Of a stretch of 64,000 nucleotides of DNA, positions 22,501 through 35,350 are shown piece by piece (the stretch's first letter is position 1; every line of letters begins with the position of its first letter). The translations under genes and the position numbers were made by a program. The notes beneath the pieces were generated by a model. That model worked only from the letters and a program-made list of their open reading frames with translations, was not told where the DNA came from and did not search any database. The DNA comes from Zygnema circumcarinatum SAG 698-1b (taxonomy: Eukaryota > Plantae > Zygnematophyceae): positions 1,955,361 to 2,019,360 of the forward strand of contig CM074805.1 of the NCBI GenBank assembly GCA_037447605.1, in the 5' to 3' direction.

Positions 22501-25500
22501 TCCTTCAAAAGGAGAGAAGCATCGGCTGATGTCAAGGTGTGGCAGAGGGCGTCCATAACATTTCCGTCTGCCTCTGCAATGGCTGTGATTTTGGGTGCGT
22601 TACTGAATGCCAACTTGATAAGAGCTGCAACAGCCGCTCGTTGCTCCTTTTCCACCCCACTTGCCACCATCTCCACCAATGGGAGGATTGCCTGCTGTGC
22701 TGTCTCACTTGTGCGAATAACGTCAACAACGAAGAGTCCTTCCAGTGCTCGCGCTGCGCTGTAGCGTGCACCTCGTGTTCCGAGGCGGAGGACGGCCACG
22801 AGCTGCTCCACCGCCCCAACCGCGGACGAATGCGTGCGAAGCTCCTCACTGTTGAACAGAATGCGTAACAGCTCCGCCGCCGCTTCCTCAATAGCTTCCT
22901 GCAAAATGTAATTCACAAGTCAGACCTCGACTGTAGAGAAGGAGGATGGATGGATGGATGGATGGATGACTTTGTTTAGGATGGTCACCTAAAAGAACAA
23001 AATCTTGAAAAGTACATTCTGCACCAAGCTGACTCAGGAAGCTTAAAGTCGTCCTAGCCCCCTAGCCCCCTAGCCTTGACTGCAAAGTAGAAAGCATAAA
23101 AACTCTAATAACTCGTAAACTTTTCAACTGTGGCTGCATTTCGGCCTCTGACTAATTTAGTGTTCAAGCACACCATAACCATTTCTTTCAGATTACAGCT
23201 AGTGATGAATATGCAGCCCATAGGTGGACGACGCCCCCGTGAAACGCAACGAAACCATGCTGTCTCAACAGCGGACTGCAGCCATGTGGTCGTAGTGCAG
23301 CCTCCCGCCAGTCGTTCTGCCCTTAATTTGACTATGCTAGTGGACAACCGAGGAGAACATGACGGCTATTTCTCAAGTGGGATGACTCACCTGTGGCCCA
23401 ATAGACAGATACTTGGTGAGAGCTTCGAGAGCGCCTGCCTCCGCCATGGCAAGCTTGTTTGTTTCACTTCCTTTTGCAATTTGTGTCAACAGACCCAATG
23501 CTAAAGGTGGAGCACCAGGCCGCTCAGGCATTGGCTTCAGCAGGTCTACCAGGGGAGGAATAGCCTTTCTTGCGATAGGACCTTTCTGAATATCATCACA
23601 TCGAAAGAGACGCTCCAAAGCCACCTGTTCAGGATGCACAGCCAATGCGAAATCCTCTGCAAGCGCAGTCAAGTGTGTGATATCGGACTCTGCGTTTCCT
23701 AGTAAGGCCAACAGGCCACTTGCCGCTCCGGAGTTAGCGACCGCTAGAAGTGTCCCTCGGCTTCCCGTGCTTACAAGACTCGCAAGCGCTTGTGCTGCAA
23801 AGTAACGGTCCGATGGCTCGTCTGAGCGAAGGAGATTCGCAAGGGGGGGAATTGCCCGCAGCGCTCCCGGACCACGGGTCACATCTCGGTCGCAGAAAAG
23901 AATGGCGAGAAGCAGAGCGCTCACCCACGATCCACCACTGTCGTCGACATTCACGTCCATGGCCCGAGCATTGGGCGAGAACACAGCCAACTTTTCAGTG
24001 AGAACCTCAATTGCTCCCGCTTCGGCAACCAGCTGCTTGCTTTTGTTGTCATGACAAGCCACCACTGCCAGCAGCCACAGCGCAACACTATGCACCAGCT
24101 GAGCAGCAGACGCCTCTCCGCCATTCACATCCCCATCATCTGGAATAGAACTTGCCAGCATGGCCACCAGGCACCGGACAAGCTTCAAAAAGGTCCCCGC
24201 CTCAGTCATGCACTCCATTGTACTCTGACGGTGCTCCTTGGCTGCGCAAATGAGCAATGCGGTCCCCCCCACCTTCACTTCTAAACTTGGTGCTCCGGTG
24301 ATTCTCTCCGTCAAAGCTACGATGCAGCCTGCAGTTCCTGCTAGTAGGTCACCCAACACAACTGGCTGGTCCTTGCAAAGGCGGGAGAGAACCTCAATAG
24401 TTTTTTCCTGCATGACAGGTGTTCCAGAAGCAAGACATGCAACAAGTGGGCTAATGCTGTATGGGACTTCTGATAACACCTGCAGAGGTGGGCGACTGAA
24501 ACCATGTCCTGGTTTTGCCCGAGCAAGGGCAGCCAAGGCCTCCAGAGCGGCCATGGTGGCTTCCTCTCCATTGCTCACTGCCAGCAGGGCAACGAGTGCC
24601 AGAACTGTGCTGCACTGGCGGATGCATTCCGCCAACTCTTCATCCACCGGGCGGTTGTGAAGAAGATGAGCAAGAGCCCCCGCAGCATGCTCTTTCCCTT
24701 GTGCTGTGCCTTCTCTAAGCAGTCGAGACAAGGGAAGCATCACCTCCACTGCTGGGGCAAACTGAGCTAATTCCTCATTGGCTAGGAGATTGGCGAGGGC
24801 GGTGGTTGCCACTTCTGCAACTGCTGTGGCACTTGACTTCGCTAGCTTTACTAAGGGAAAGATGCCATCTTTTGCAGCCTGAGCAGCTGCATAATTTGCG
24901 TCTATTGAGCAGAAAATTGCAGCGAGGGCCCGTGCAGCCTGCATGGCAATCTGCTCAGAGCCCACGTCCACTAGTGTGACAAGTGGCGGAATCGCATGAA
25001 TCGCGGCTCGGCTCTCTCGAAGGTCCTCTCGTGCCGCAAACAAGTTTGCAAGCACTGCAGCAGCACTCTCCTGGCTTTCTTCCCGTGTGTTTTCCAACAT
25101 AGTCACCAATGTTTGTAGAGCCTCATTCGCAGCTGAACCCTCCTCTGGAACATCGGGCGCCTCTGCTAGTAGGTGGCCCAATACCCTCAGCACATGTACC
25201 TTTGATTCTGGAATATCGGCCACTAGAATTCCTGTTAGCTGCCCTATTGTGCTCGCACTGGCGTTAGAGCCACTGACGAGGCGAGTCAAAGCCCTTGCAG
25301 AGACTGTCTGTCCCCTGGTCGATCCGCTACCAAGCAAACTCAACAGGGCAGGTGTGGCGTCCGCTGTTTCAACGCATGCTCTGATGTCTTCACTGTGGCC
25401 ACACAAGTTTCCCAACACTGCCGCTGCGTCCTCACGGGCCTTCGCTGTTCCTGTCCCCAACAGTTGCACTAAGGGCGGAATACCACCAGCCGCTGTAATG

Positions 25501-27288
25501 GCCCACTTGCTTTCATCTTTCTCGTTGGTGAGGATGTACAAAAGCGTGCTTGCATACTCCTGCTGGTCCTCTGTGGAAAGCCCAAGAAGGCCTACCAGCT
25601 GCAAGACTCCTTCACGCCCTCCAAGAGCGCTCCATAGATCAGTCTCTCCTGTGCAAAGGCTTACATGGGATCGAACGAGGTCTTCTCGGCCTTCTGGTGT
25701 GGATAAAGTGATAAGCCCAACCAGCATCCGCTTCGCTTCTGAGTACTGCAAAGACTTTGCCACCAGGGGGTTTCCATAAAGACTTGCCAAACCCTCAATT
25801 ACCCGTTCTTGTACCAACTCTGATGTAGATGGAGTGAGCCTCTGCACAAGGGCAGCTTCGATGGCAGCTGCATTGACAGTGGCTATTGCTTCAGGTTTCC
25901 CGTCTAGAACCATGAGACCATACGCGAGAGCACCAATCATGTCTGCCAACTCTTGCTCGTCCATGCACTGCTCCATACCGTCTGCCAAAGAGTTAACTAC
26001 TGAAGCCTTTCCCCCAGCTATGTTCGCCAATGCCCCCATTGAGTTTTCCTGAAGCATCTGCGCATAACCAGTCTGCATCATCTCAGACGAAGGTGCCACT
26101 GTTGCGCGAATGAGAGTTGGGACCCCTCCTGCATGCGTTATTGCAATACGCACATCTAAGCTGCCAGCAGACAGAGCCCGCACTGCTCCTGCTGCCTCTG
26201 TGCGGAGGGGCACGTCCTTTCCAGGCTCGAGCAGAGCAAGCAAGGGTTTCACAGCTCCAGCCTCTGACACTCGAGTAGCATGTTGTGAAGCCAACGTTGC
26301 AGGATCTGACAAACCGACGGGGCTTCCACCCCCTGGTTGATGGGGATGCTGTGAGTGCAGCAAGAGCGGAGAAGTGAGGTAGCTTGTCAGAAGAGCTGCA
26401 GAATTCTCCTGTGCAATCCCTGTACCTATCGAGAGCAGAGTTGAAAAAATCTCCACTCCACTAGCCACTTCTGCTGTCTGCCAGAACCCTTCCACAGAAT
26501 AGCAAAGGTTTCTCAAAGTGCCAGTGAGCAGCCCTACAACGTCCGGATGCAAAGCCACTTCTGGCTGAAGCTGCTCAAGCAATGCAGGAACCACACCTTC
26601 AGTGGCGAAAATCTTTGTCCCAACCTGATCCCTAGAAGGTCCTCCTTTGCTCACTGCAAACAGTGCCTCTGCCGCCAAAAGCTGCGATTCTGGAGGACCA
26701 ATTTTCAGCAGGGCCAGCATAGGTGGAATGCAGCCTCCCAAAAGCACCTTCACCCGCAGCTCCTCTTCATCGCACAAAGTTCCCAATGTTGCTGCTGCGT
26801 GCGTTTTTGCTGTGAGTGTACCTGACCTTAGTAGACTCACAAGCAGGGGAATAGCTTGCGCATGGTATCCGATGGCAGCTCGGGCATCCACGCTACTTTC
26901 TGCAAGTTCACTCAATACAGCTGCAATGCGCTCCTTGTCCTCTTGCTCTTGCCCTGCCGCTCTCAACTGCTCAATAGCATCTGCCACGGCAGTCAGGACT
27001 TGATTCGACTCAGGATCCCTTCCGTCGTCCTGCATGCTCTCCATATCTGTTCCTCGTATGCTCATTCCTTGTAGAGATTCCACATCCGTGCCCCCCCCTT
27101 TGAACGAACTTCCTCCTTGTAAGCTATCTGAATCTCCCACCCCTCCACGGAAACTCATGCCATGGAGGCTACTCCAGTCACTGCACACCACAACACAAAA
27201 CAATCAGTCAACCGCCTCCTGCTCCCCTTTCTTCCCGCCCAAGCCCACATGTCAGCTCTACCCAACCCGCGGGCCCTCCTCACCTCAT
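19586..27288 (-). CDS. CSI1: CELLULOSE SYNTHASE INTERACTIVE 1-like protein (ARM repeats plus C-terminal C2 domain), about 2157 aa
   Basis: Exons 27288-27284 (ATG AG), 27180-23391, 22898-20481, 19949-19833 and 19729-19586, all phase-consistent. Motifs: IEQLR...HAQAIPLLVSLLRSG...ELRVKVLLGGCIPP; C2 domain LPGSLSVTIKTG...QKLHIHCKSK...GKVTIQIDRVV...TLDIEFVWANR*. Confidence 0.96.
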
Positions 27289-27940
27289 CGCGGACGGCAA
27301 GCTCGTCCTCCCTCCGTCCCTCCCTCCCTCCCTCCCTCCCTCCCTCCCTCCCTCCCCCTCCCCTACCCTCCTCCCGCCCAGCGCCGCGCAGCGCTGACAA
27401 GCGGAGCCGTTCAGAGGCGACCCACCGCCTCCCTCCGCGCTTTCCGCCGGAGGCGTCTCCCGCACGGGCGAGCGGCGGCCGCGGCTGCTGGACGTGACGC
27501 GCGACGTGACGTGGTGGTCCGTACGACGGCACGCGGCGGTGCCTACCGGCGCGGGTTCGAATCTTCGCCCCTTCCCTTCCCGCCGGGTTTGAAAATCAAA
27601 CCGTTCGGGGCAGGGCTCACGGCGGCGGCGGATTTTCGGATGGCGGGTCACAGGATGGCATGCATGCAGCTCATGCTGCCACGGACATTGCCATGGACAC
27701 TTCTTGTATGGAAGAGTGTCTGGAAGGCGGGAATTGATTCGACAGCCATCTAGACGAAGGTCTTTGAGCTTTCACAATCCAGCAAGAAGAAGAGTTGGGG
27801 TGGGCTGGTAGGGCCAATGGCAAGGGGCCATGAGCGGGCATCGTCGATCAAGGGGTTTCCCTTAAAAGCCGCGTTTAGCTTGATTACGAGATAAAATGTA
27901 GTTTTATGAAAGGGTTTTCATGGACATCATGATCATGATG

Positions 27941-27981
27941 AAGCATCATGATGCCAATTTTCAATTGGCATCATGATGCTT
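27941..27981. repeat. Perfect 19-bp-arm inverted repeat with a 3-nt loop
   Basis: AAGCATCATGATGCCAATT-TTC-AATTGGCATCATGATGCTT; each arm contains the palindrome GCATCATGATGC. Confidence 0.95.
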
Positions 27982-28548
27982 ATTTAATAGATGGTAGTCC
28001 GTGTAACTAAAAAGAAATCAATAAATAAATCGTTCAAATCATTTTAACAACAACTCATTCAGGCATACTCCACTAAGTCATAGGTCCCACTTTTCAAATG
28101 CATGCTTTTGGTGGCTATATATTGTAGCCTGCAGAGGGCTACACAATGGCAGCACTTGACGCCACAGCACAGTCATGGACCATCACAATTATTGCGCAGT
28201 GGCCACAGTCAGTGAGCGAGAGACACCCTCAGCTCAGCACAGCGGATACGACGGAGTAAGATTCAAATCACCTCATTGTTTCCAAACTCGCCTAAACCAG
28301 TATGTACAGGACTCTTGGATTTTTTGTCTAACCACAGCGACAAAACCATTAGGACATCATGCACAAACCTTAAAGTGCTGAGTCTCCTGACCCCCAGTCC
28401 AATCCTATCTTGGGAATGCCCTCATGATTGTTCAAAACCTCTTCAGCTATTTTACAAGACTTGAAAAGCTCTCCATTCTTCACGACTTACAACAACGACC
28501 ATCCACCGTCGCAGTCTTTTAAAAAGACTACTCCGCAGTTTGCGGTCC

Positions 28549-30342
28549 TTATCCTCCATCTGAAGGACGACCAGTCGAAGGCGGAGACCTATTCCCCTCC
28601 CGAAGCGAAGCAAGAATAATTTTGATAGCCTCCTCCGCGGCTTTTGTTGCTGCAGAACAAAGACATCACAATCACAGTCAACTGCGACAGCATTAACTAG
28701 CCCCGGTATTAATCCAACCCATGCGAATGCCAGTAAAACCTGAGATGGGGGCCATTATAGGCCCCTAACCTTCCCTTTGTCATCCTCATAATCATCCTCC
28801 AGCATATGGGCCGATTTTCATCATACGTGACTTCCTTCAGGTCCCATGCCTAAATGCCGTCTGCATGGGTCCAGCCCTTCATCGAAAGATCCCTTTCCAA
28901 AGGATCTCTTCTTTCCAAGCTAACTCCGACCATATTACTGCTCTCTCAATAGCACGAATTCGCTACTGGCAGCTTTCAAACTACCGAAGACTTCAATCTG
29001 ACTTGTCGTTTCCTTTCCATCCCTACCTTTCGCTGCCCCCTTATGCAGCATCCGGCCAATCCATTCCAGTTCAGCTTGGTGCCGGCGCATCACAGAGGCC
29101 TGGGCACAAAAAATTAAAGAGGTTAGCGAAGTGATAAAACAAGCCCACACTCGGTCAGTCAGCAGAAGGATGCAAGCTGGTGGCCACTTGCCAGTTCCTG
29201 CCGGGTGCTGTCCAACACTTTGTCAATAATTTCCTGATGGCGGGAGAGGGCGGGGCGCACAAACTTTTTATAAAGAGCTCTGGCACCCTGTTGACACCGC
29301 ACTGACCGTAAGTGAAAGCCAAACACTTCCATGGTATACTCATCACTAACCAGATTGACTGGTTTGAAGACAATTCAAGGTTCTTCTGAAAATCGACCCG
29401 CAGACAAGGCCATAGGGTATAGAAAACGAAGCCTTTTAAGTACACATCTAGCATTCTAGGCCACGTTTCGCTTCCTTTTGACGCAAAAAACTCCATGATT
29501 AGTAATAGCTACTTTGAACTAAGGCCCATGATAGGTGCACAGGGAGAAGCTACATTACGCGAGTACAAGGGCTGAACAAAACTCACTTGCCACATGCATC
29601 AGGGAAAGTGGTTACTCACGACATTATTGGGAATCTGCAGCCAAATTAACAAGAGGAGCTTGGCGTGCTGATAGTAGGGAAACCTGCAGCACGTCTGAGG
29701 CCATATTGAATCAAGGATCGCTCGAGGCAGCTAAAGAAGGGTGAGAGATGCCATGGGCACGAGCCTTACCAGAAGAGTATGCGATCAGTGAGACGTTCCA
29801 CAATCGACAGCGAGCCGTAGACTGCGCCATCCAATGCCTCACAACTCCATAGACATGATTTTTCAGTCTCTGTAAGATTAAGGACAGAACCAGGTAACAA
29901 CATCCATTGCAAAATCTTGTGTAATAAACAGTGTCCGTGTCATTAACTTGGCAAAACTCACCCGTCCAGTAGAGGAGCCATTCCTCCTTCTCTGTCTCGT
30001 CCTCGCTTTCAATTGCCTTGAAGCTCGAGTAGACCGGCACACCCACTCCCACTACAGCACTGCAGGAATGAACCCTAAAACGTGAGAACCATATGCATGC
30101 AAACTCTGCTGCAGAAGAGGGCCATTCACAACGTGACTCACCAAGCACATCGAAGGAGAACTCCCGAGGAGGGGGCTGGAGAAAGGAGCAGCTGGAGGCC
30201 TACCTGCTCAGTCCCAGCTGTACATTGGCATGAGTTAAGGAACACACACAGAAAATAGCAAAGGGCCGGAAACATTGGAGAAATTCTCGGAACTTACTGC
30301 GCCCCCTGCGAGAAAAGGCGACCCTCCAGCGAAAGCCGCCAT
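28549..30342 (-). CDS. HVA22/REEP family protein, HVA22k-like
   Basis: Spliced product: MAAFAGGSPFLAGGA|VGLQLLLSPAPSSGVLLRCAC|AVVGVGVPVYSSFKAIE...WLLYWT|VYGSLSIVERLTDRILFW|FPYYQHAKLLLLIWLQIP|GARALYKKFVRPALSRHQ... The final exon and stop codon are uncertain. Confidence 0.85.
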
Positions 30343-30556
30343 GCTGCTGCCCTCACTCTTCCTGCGAGCCTGCCTGCCGTGGACGTGCCCCCTGGTTCGC
30401 GGAAGAGCAGGATGGCAAGCTGCTGCTTGCAGGCTCTCAGGAGGTTGCCTTGCCGGAAGTGGCTAGGGCTGACGTCACGCCGACGCTGGCTGCTGTGAAG
30501 CAAACTCGACCTCCCTCCCATGTACCGTACAGTGGGCACCGCCACTGGCGACGCGT

Positions 30557-30580
30557 CACGTGTACAGTCGTGTACACGTG
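30557..30580. promoter_or_regulatory. Palindromic double G-box/ABRE with GTAC cores upstream of the HVA22k-like gene
   Basis: CACGTGTACA-GTCG-TGTACACGTG; the right arm extends to the ABRE form TACACGTGGC. It lies about 215 bp upstream of the ATG at 30342. Confidence 0.55.
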
Positions 30581-30659
30581 GCAGTTGACGATTCGCCAGC
30601 GCCAAACGCCCCCGTCCCGAAGTTTTGCAGGGGCCCTGGGCTTCAGAACTTAAAGGTCG

Positions 30660-30975
30660 CGAGGCTTGAGGAGGTTTCAGAGTTAGAAATCGTCAGTATG
30701 TCCGTCCGTAAATTTTTCCCCAGAACGAGTTGTACTCCGGTGACATTACGATCCGCCTGCAGCGGAGTACTTTCGTAACTTCCTTTTTCGTAATGCTTTT
30801 CGTAACTTTTTGCTAAGTCGGACAAGAGCCCAATGACGGTAGGGGGTGTCAGACTTAAGAAAATTGTTTGTAAGTTTGAGACAAGAACGAGTACTCCGAC
30901 GACATCGCGAATCTGGTGCAGCGGAGTACTTCCGATTTTTTCTTGTTCGTAAGATTTCGTGAAGTTGACACCCCC
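30660..30975 (+). mobile_element. Two adjacent copies of a 135-160 bp MITE (TA TSD, GGGGGTGTCAGACTT-type TIR)
   Basis: 30842-30975 has TA|GGGGGTGTCAGAC...GACACCCCC|TA. 30660-30830 is a degenerate copy sharing the internal cagaacgag..tactcc / gcggagtactttcgtaac sequence. Confidence 0.8.
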
Positions 30976-31046
30976 TATTTGCTCGAGCGAGGCAGGTCTA
31001 AGGACTGGATTTGCATATGCGATGCAATCAAGCAAGGCCAAGCCAT

Positions 31047-31330
<284 letters not shown>

Positions 31331-31681
31331 AAGAAAGCACCTGGTGCTCCATGGAAGCTATTGAGGGCCCTGCCACCCTTGGGCATTTGGTGCTGCTGCG
31401 ACTCGTCCTATAGGGACGCGGAGGTACCAACCCACGCGTGCAAAACATGAAGGGGCACATGTGGCAGCAGGACTTGATGGCTAATAAGCACCCCTTGGAT
31501 TAGCTCTGAACTGCCATGAAATCATGCGATAATAGTTTAACATGTAACACGTGTACAATGAGATTGTGAGACGACCGCACAGTAACAGTAAAGCGTAGCT
31601 TTGAAATGTACAAAGGTAACAACAACGTGGTTTTTTTCTAGTTTAGTCTATACCCTAAAACTTGGCCAAAAGTGCATGGAT

Positions 31682-34600
31682 TTACAATTCGTTCAAGCCG
31701 GCCTCCAGTTCTTCGACGTCAGGATCAAAATTTCTCTCTTGCCCGTTTATTCCATCTCCCACATCAGCGTGCGTCGGCTCGCCACATGTTGGACAGGGCA
31801 GAGAAGAGTCAGAGTCAGATGAAGAGGTTGGCGTTCCAACTGCTGGACTTTCCGCATCCTGCAGATCTGACCTCCAATCTTCAGCCCTTGACTCGGCTTC
31901 AGAGTGCTGTCCCTGCGAGTCTTTCGAGGAAGGCCGTCCGGCTGGAAGAGCATGACAGTAGATCATATTTATAGGAAGAGCTTCCTTTTGGAACAGACTG
32001 CAAACACATGCATGAGAAGAAACAAGTGAGAAACCATAAGTATCTTCAACACCATCGAGTTGATGTCGTCCCACCTTCAAACCCTGAAGGGATCTAATGA
32101 GTCTGACTGCAGATCCTTACGGATGATGACAAAGTATTGTGGTGTAGAAGACGATCGTATATTGACAAGATGGCGCCTCCTTGATGACTGCAATGTAGTC
32201 GCCATCCTCTGCACAGACATACCGGACCTGCACATGCACAGCCACCTTCCAGACTAGTGAATTCTGTACCACAACATCTCATTCGCAAACTCGTTAAATC
32301 AGTCAGCTAAATCGGATTTTTCTGGGAATCCAAGGTCAAGAAGAGAAACAAAAAGGGCACCTGCGCTGTCCGATTATCGCTTGTCAAATCACAAGCAGTT
32401 CCATTTGTATATACATGTGCGTGATACCTGTTTCCCCTCTCCCATCGCTCACACTAAGGTTGGAATCCAATGTATTCAATGGAAACTCAGGTTAAGAAAT
32501 GAAACTTCCAAAAAATACTTCAAACAGAAAGAGAGAAGCAAACCTAAGCTTGTTGACTGTATCAACTTCTCAAGAAATGCTTTCAAGAAAAGACGGGTAC
32601 CTCTGCGCTGCTGTTTGAGAACGTGGGTCTTTTTGCAGGAAGGAGCCCCCCTCGCCCTCATGCAACTTAGCGGTTTCTTCTTCGCTGTAATGCCCCATGT
32701 AAAACTCTGCCACCATCTGGGAGAGTAGAACAAACATGATTAATGATTGAGCTAAAAGCTGGCGGCCCTAATCTCTAACTCTAACTGCTGAACCTTAGAT
32801 CCTGCTAATTTCAGGTAAAAAGGCTGGTGAAAGGCTGGTTTAGTGTACTTGTTCGTTTTCAATGTGGTACTGCCGGATGTGTCGTTTGTAGCAGAGTTCA
32901 TACGTCCACCATCCCTCCACCTGAAGATCAAATTTGAAAATTGAACCGGATAAAAGAAAATAGATTGAGTAGAAGTAGATTGAAACGAATCCAAAATGGC
33001 ATCACTCAAATAGTCCTCATCAACGAACAGATGGCCAGCAATAAACATGCGATAAATAGGCCAGTCTTCCCCCATAATGCGTGCATTTTTTGCGGGAAGA
33101 CGGTGAGACACAAGGAATGATTGCATACCCTGTAAAAACAAGGCAGACTCTTGAGAATATCTAGGAGATCTTCTGGACTTTTCTGCTTCTCTCTGCTTTT
33201 CTCCTCCGCAACTTTTGACGCGTTATGTCCATCTCCGCTCTCCTCGTCCAAAGGTGGTGGAAGAACGCACATGAACTTTTCTCCAATGGAATTCGTCATG
33301 TAAACCACCTCGTGCTCTGGGTCCTACAGAGTAATTTCACGTTATGTTAGCTGCAGTTGAGCACTTTCATTGAGCTTCAGCCTCCAATTGTTGAGATTGT
33401 GGGAGCATTTTTGCAGAAAGTGCAATTCGCTACACGCAAATTCTTGCAAAAGTGAAGTTCTTTTAAGATAGAAAGTGCACTCTTTCGTAATGACTTTTTC
33501 TCACAAAAGCCCAGCAAAAAGTCCCGAACATTGTCGTGCTTGTTTGGTACCTATAACCTCGTGGAACTCAACTACCCCATTCTTTTCGTTCTAACTGCAG
33601 TTTGGAGAACTTCAGTATACAAAAAATGTTGACATGAGGCACTAACCCTGAAATCCTACTAATCAACAAAGCGTGATCTTAAGTCTCTAAAGTAAAAGGA
33701 TAAATAAAATGTGCGTTCAGATACATCCCACTGGACCAATGCCTCTCACAAAACAACTCGCAGCACAGAAATGGATACAACACCTACCACGTCCACCTCC
33801 ATAGAGGCGCTTGCTGGCACATAGTTGACGAGGTACTTGGGGTCTTGCACATTCTTGAGTGAGATAATGGGCCCTGCAAACTTGCAGGAAAGTCTGCATT
33901 GTGATTTCACGAGAAGCATTGCTCTGCATCACGTTAACTTCAACCAAAACGTGACGTGTTTCTAAACTATAATCCAGTCTAACCGGCTTTTGCGACACTC
34001 AACCTGTTAAACCCAAATTCAACGCCGTCACCCAACTATCAAAACCTTAACATCTATAGTTCCTAGCCCTCAAATGGCGAACGCCAAATCAACCCTACCA
34101 CTACCAATAGCCGCAACTAACTTCTAGCTTTAAGCTGGACCCAAAAATGCTCACCAAACTCTAGCCGAACATAACCAGAAGGTAGGACCCTAGTTCTACG
34201 TCTAAATTCTAATTTTGATTCTTGTTGCTAGCACTAGCCCTGATCTTAGCTCTAACTCTTAACCCGAAGCCTAGCCCTAGTCCTAACCCTAGCCCTAACC
34301 CTAACCCTAACGCTGAGACTGAGGCTAGCAATAGCACTAGCCCTAGCTCTAGCCTTAAACCTAAACCAAACCCCAAAACCGAACCGACCCTATCCTATCC
34401 CGAACCCTAACCCTAATCCAAACCCTAACCCTAACCCTAACCCACCTTAACTCTAACTCTTATCCTAAATCTAGACTTCACTAAACCTAACCTAACCCCA
34501 ACCTTAACGTAAATAACTCTATCCTGACCATAACATTTACCACAGCCCTGACCCTACCTAAACCATGAGCCAATAATTTCTCGACATCTGGGCCTGACCC

Positions 34601-34859
34601 AGCCCATAATTAACCGTCTAAAGTAGCTACATCTGATCCATCGGATCATTCAAACAAACCACAAGCTGGCGATGAAGAAGCTATATCCTAGCCCACGGAA
34701 GCCCTGCCCATGCACATGCATGAAAGAAACGGGGATTGCAGGAGCCGGCCTGCACCCACCTGTTTTGGAAGAGAAAATGCTCTCCGCCCGCGCGCGATAG
34801 GCGAGCAGCAGCAGCGTGCACAGCACGGCTGAGGGGCGGAACATGCAGGACGACGCCAT
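31682..34859 (-). CDS. OS9: OS-9/Yos9-like ER lectin (PRKCSH/MRH domain) of ERAD
   Basis: Spliced product: signal peptide MASSCMFRPSAVLCTLLLLAYRARA|GPIISLKNVQDPKYLVNY|DPEHEVVYMTNSIGEKFMCVLP...LPCFYR|VEGWWTYELCYKRHIRQYH|VAEFYMGHY|YHAHVYTNGTACDLT|VRYVCAE...KEAPSCQYTIVFYTTILCHHP|LFQKE...IYCHALP. Stop at 31682. Confidence 0.93.
34230..34570 (+). repeat. Degenerate telomere-like (CCCTAA/CCCTAG/CTCTAA) array in OS9 intron 1
   Basis: Dozens of 6-mer units, with perfect CCCTAA runs at about 34290-34310 and 34405-34440. Confidence 0.9.
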
Positions 34860-35060
34860 GCCGTCCATGGGGATCAAACGCTCCTTTCCTCCTTTTCCAA
34901 AACAAAAACAAACATCGACTTCATTGAAATGATGAGTTGATCAAAACCAAAAAGCTTCAGGACAGGGACGATCAGTTCCTTGGGATTCCTAAATGAAGGA
35001 ACTAGTGTGTTATAAATTTTTAAAGTAGATTATATGTAACTAGAAAAAATAATAACATCT

Positions 35061-35132
35061 GCGCCAGTAGTCCAACGGTCAGGATAGATGCCTTCCAAGC
35101 ATCAGATCCGGGTTCGACTCCCGGCCGGCGCA
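35061..35132 (+). tRNA. tRNA-Gly (anticodon UCC)
   Basis: 72-nt cloverleaf with anticodon arm GATGC-CTTCCAA-GCATC, T-loop GGTTCGACTCC and discriminator A, followed by a TTTTT Pol III terminator. One A6:C67 mismatch in the acceptor stem. Confidence 0.93.
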
Positions 35133-35350
35133 CTTTTTCTTACTGGCCATCGCGATATAAATTTTGAATTTTGACGACCCAAGTTAGGAAAGACAAGGGG
35201 TTCCTGAGGTCGATTGGTCCATGGCCATGCGGGGGCATCGCCATCGTGAGACCAACGCGACATTGCTAATTTATCTCTCCATTCCAAACGGCGGGTCAAT
35301 CTTGACTTTGGCATTGCGCCTCGGTAATTCGGATTTGACTGCGTCCACAC

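Noticed and set aside
21016-27003. Numerous plus-strand ORFs
   Set aside because: They are antisense shadows of the long CSI1 exons.
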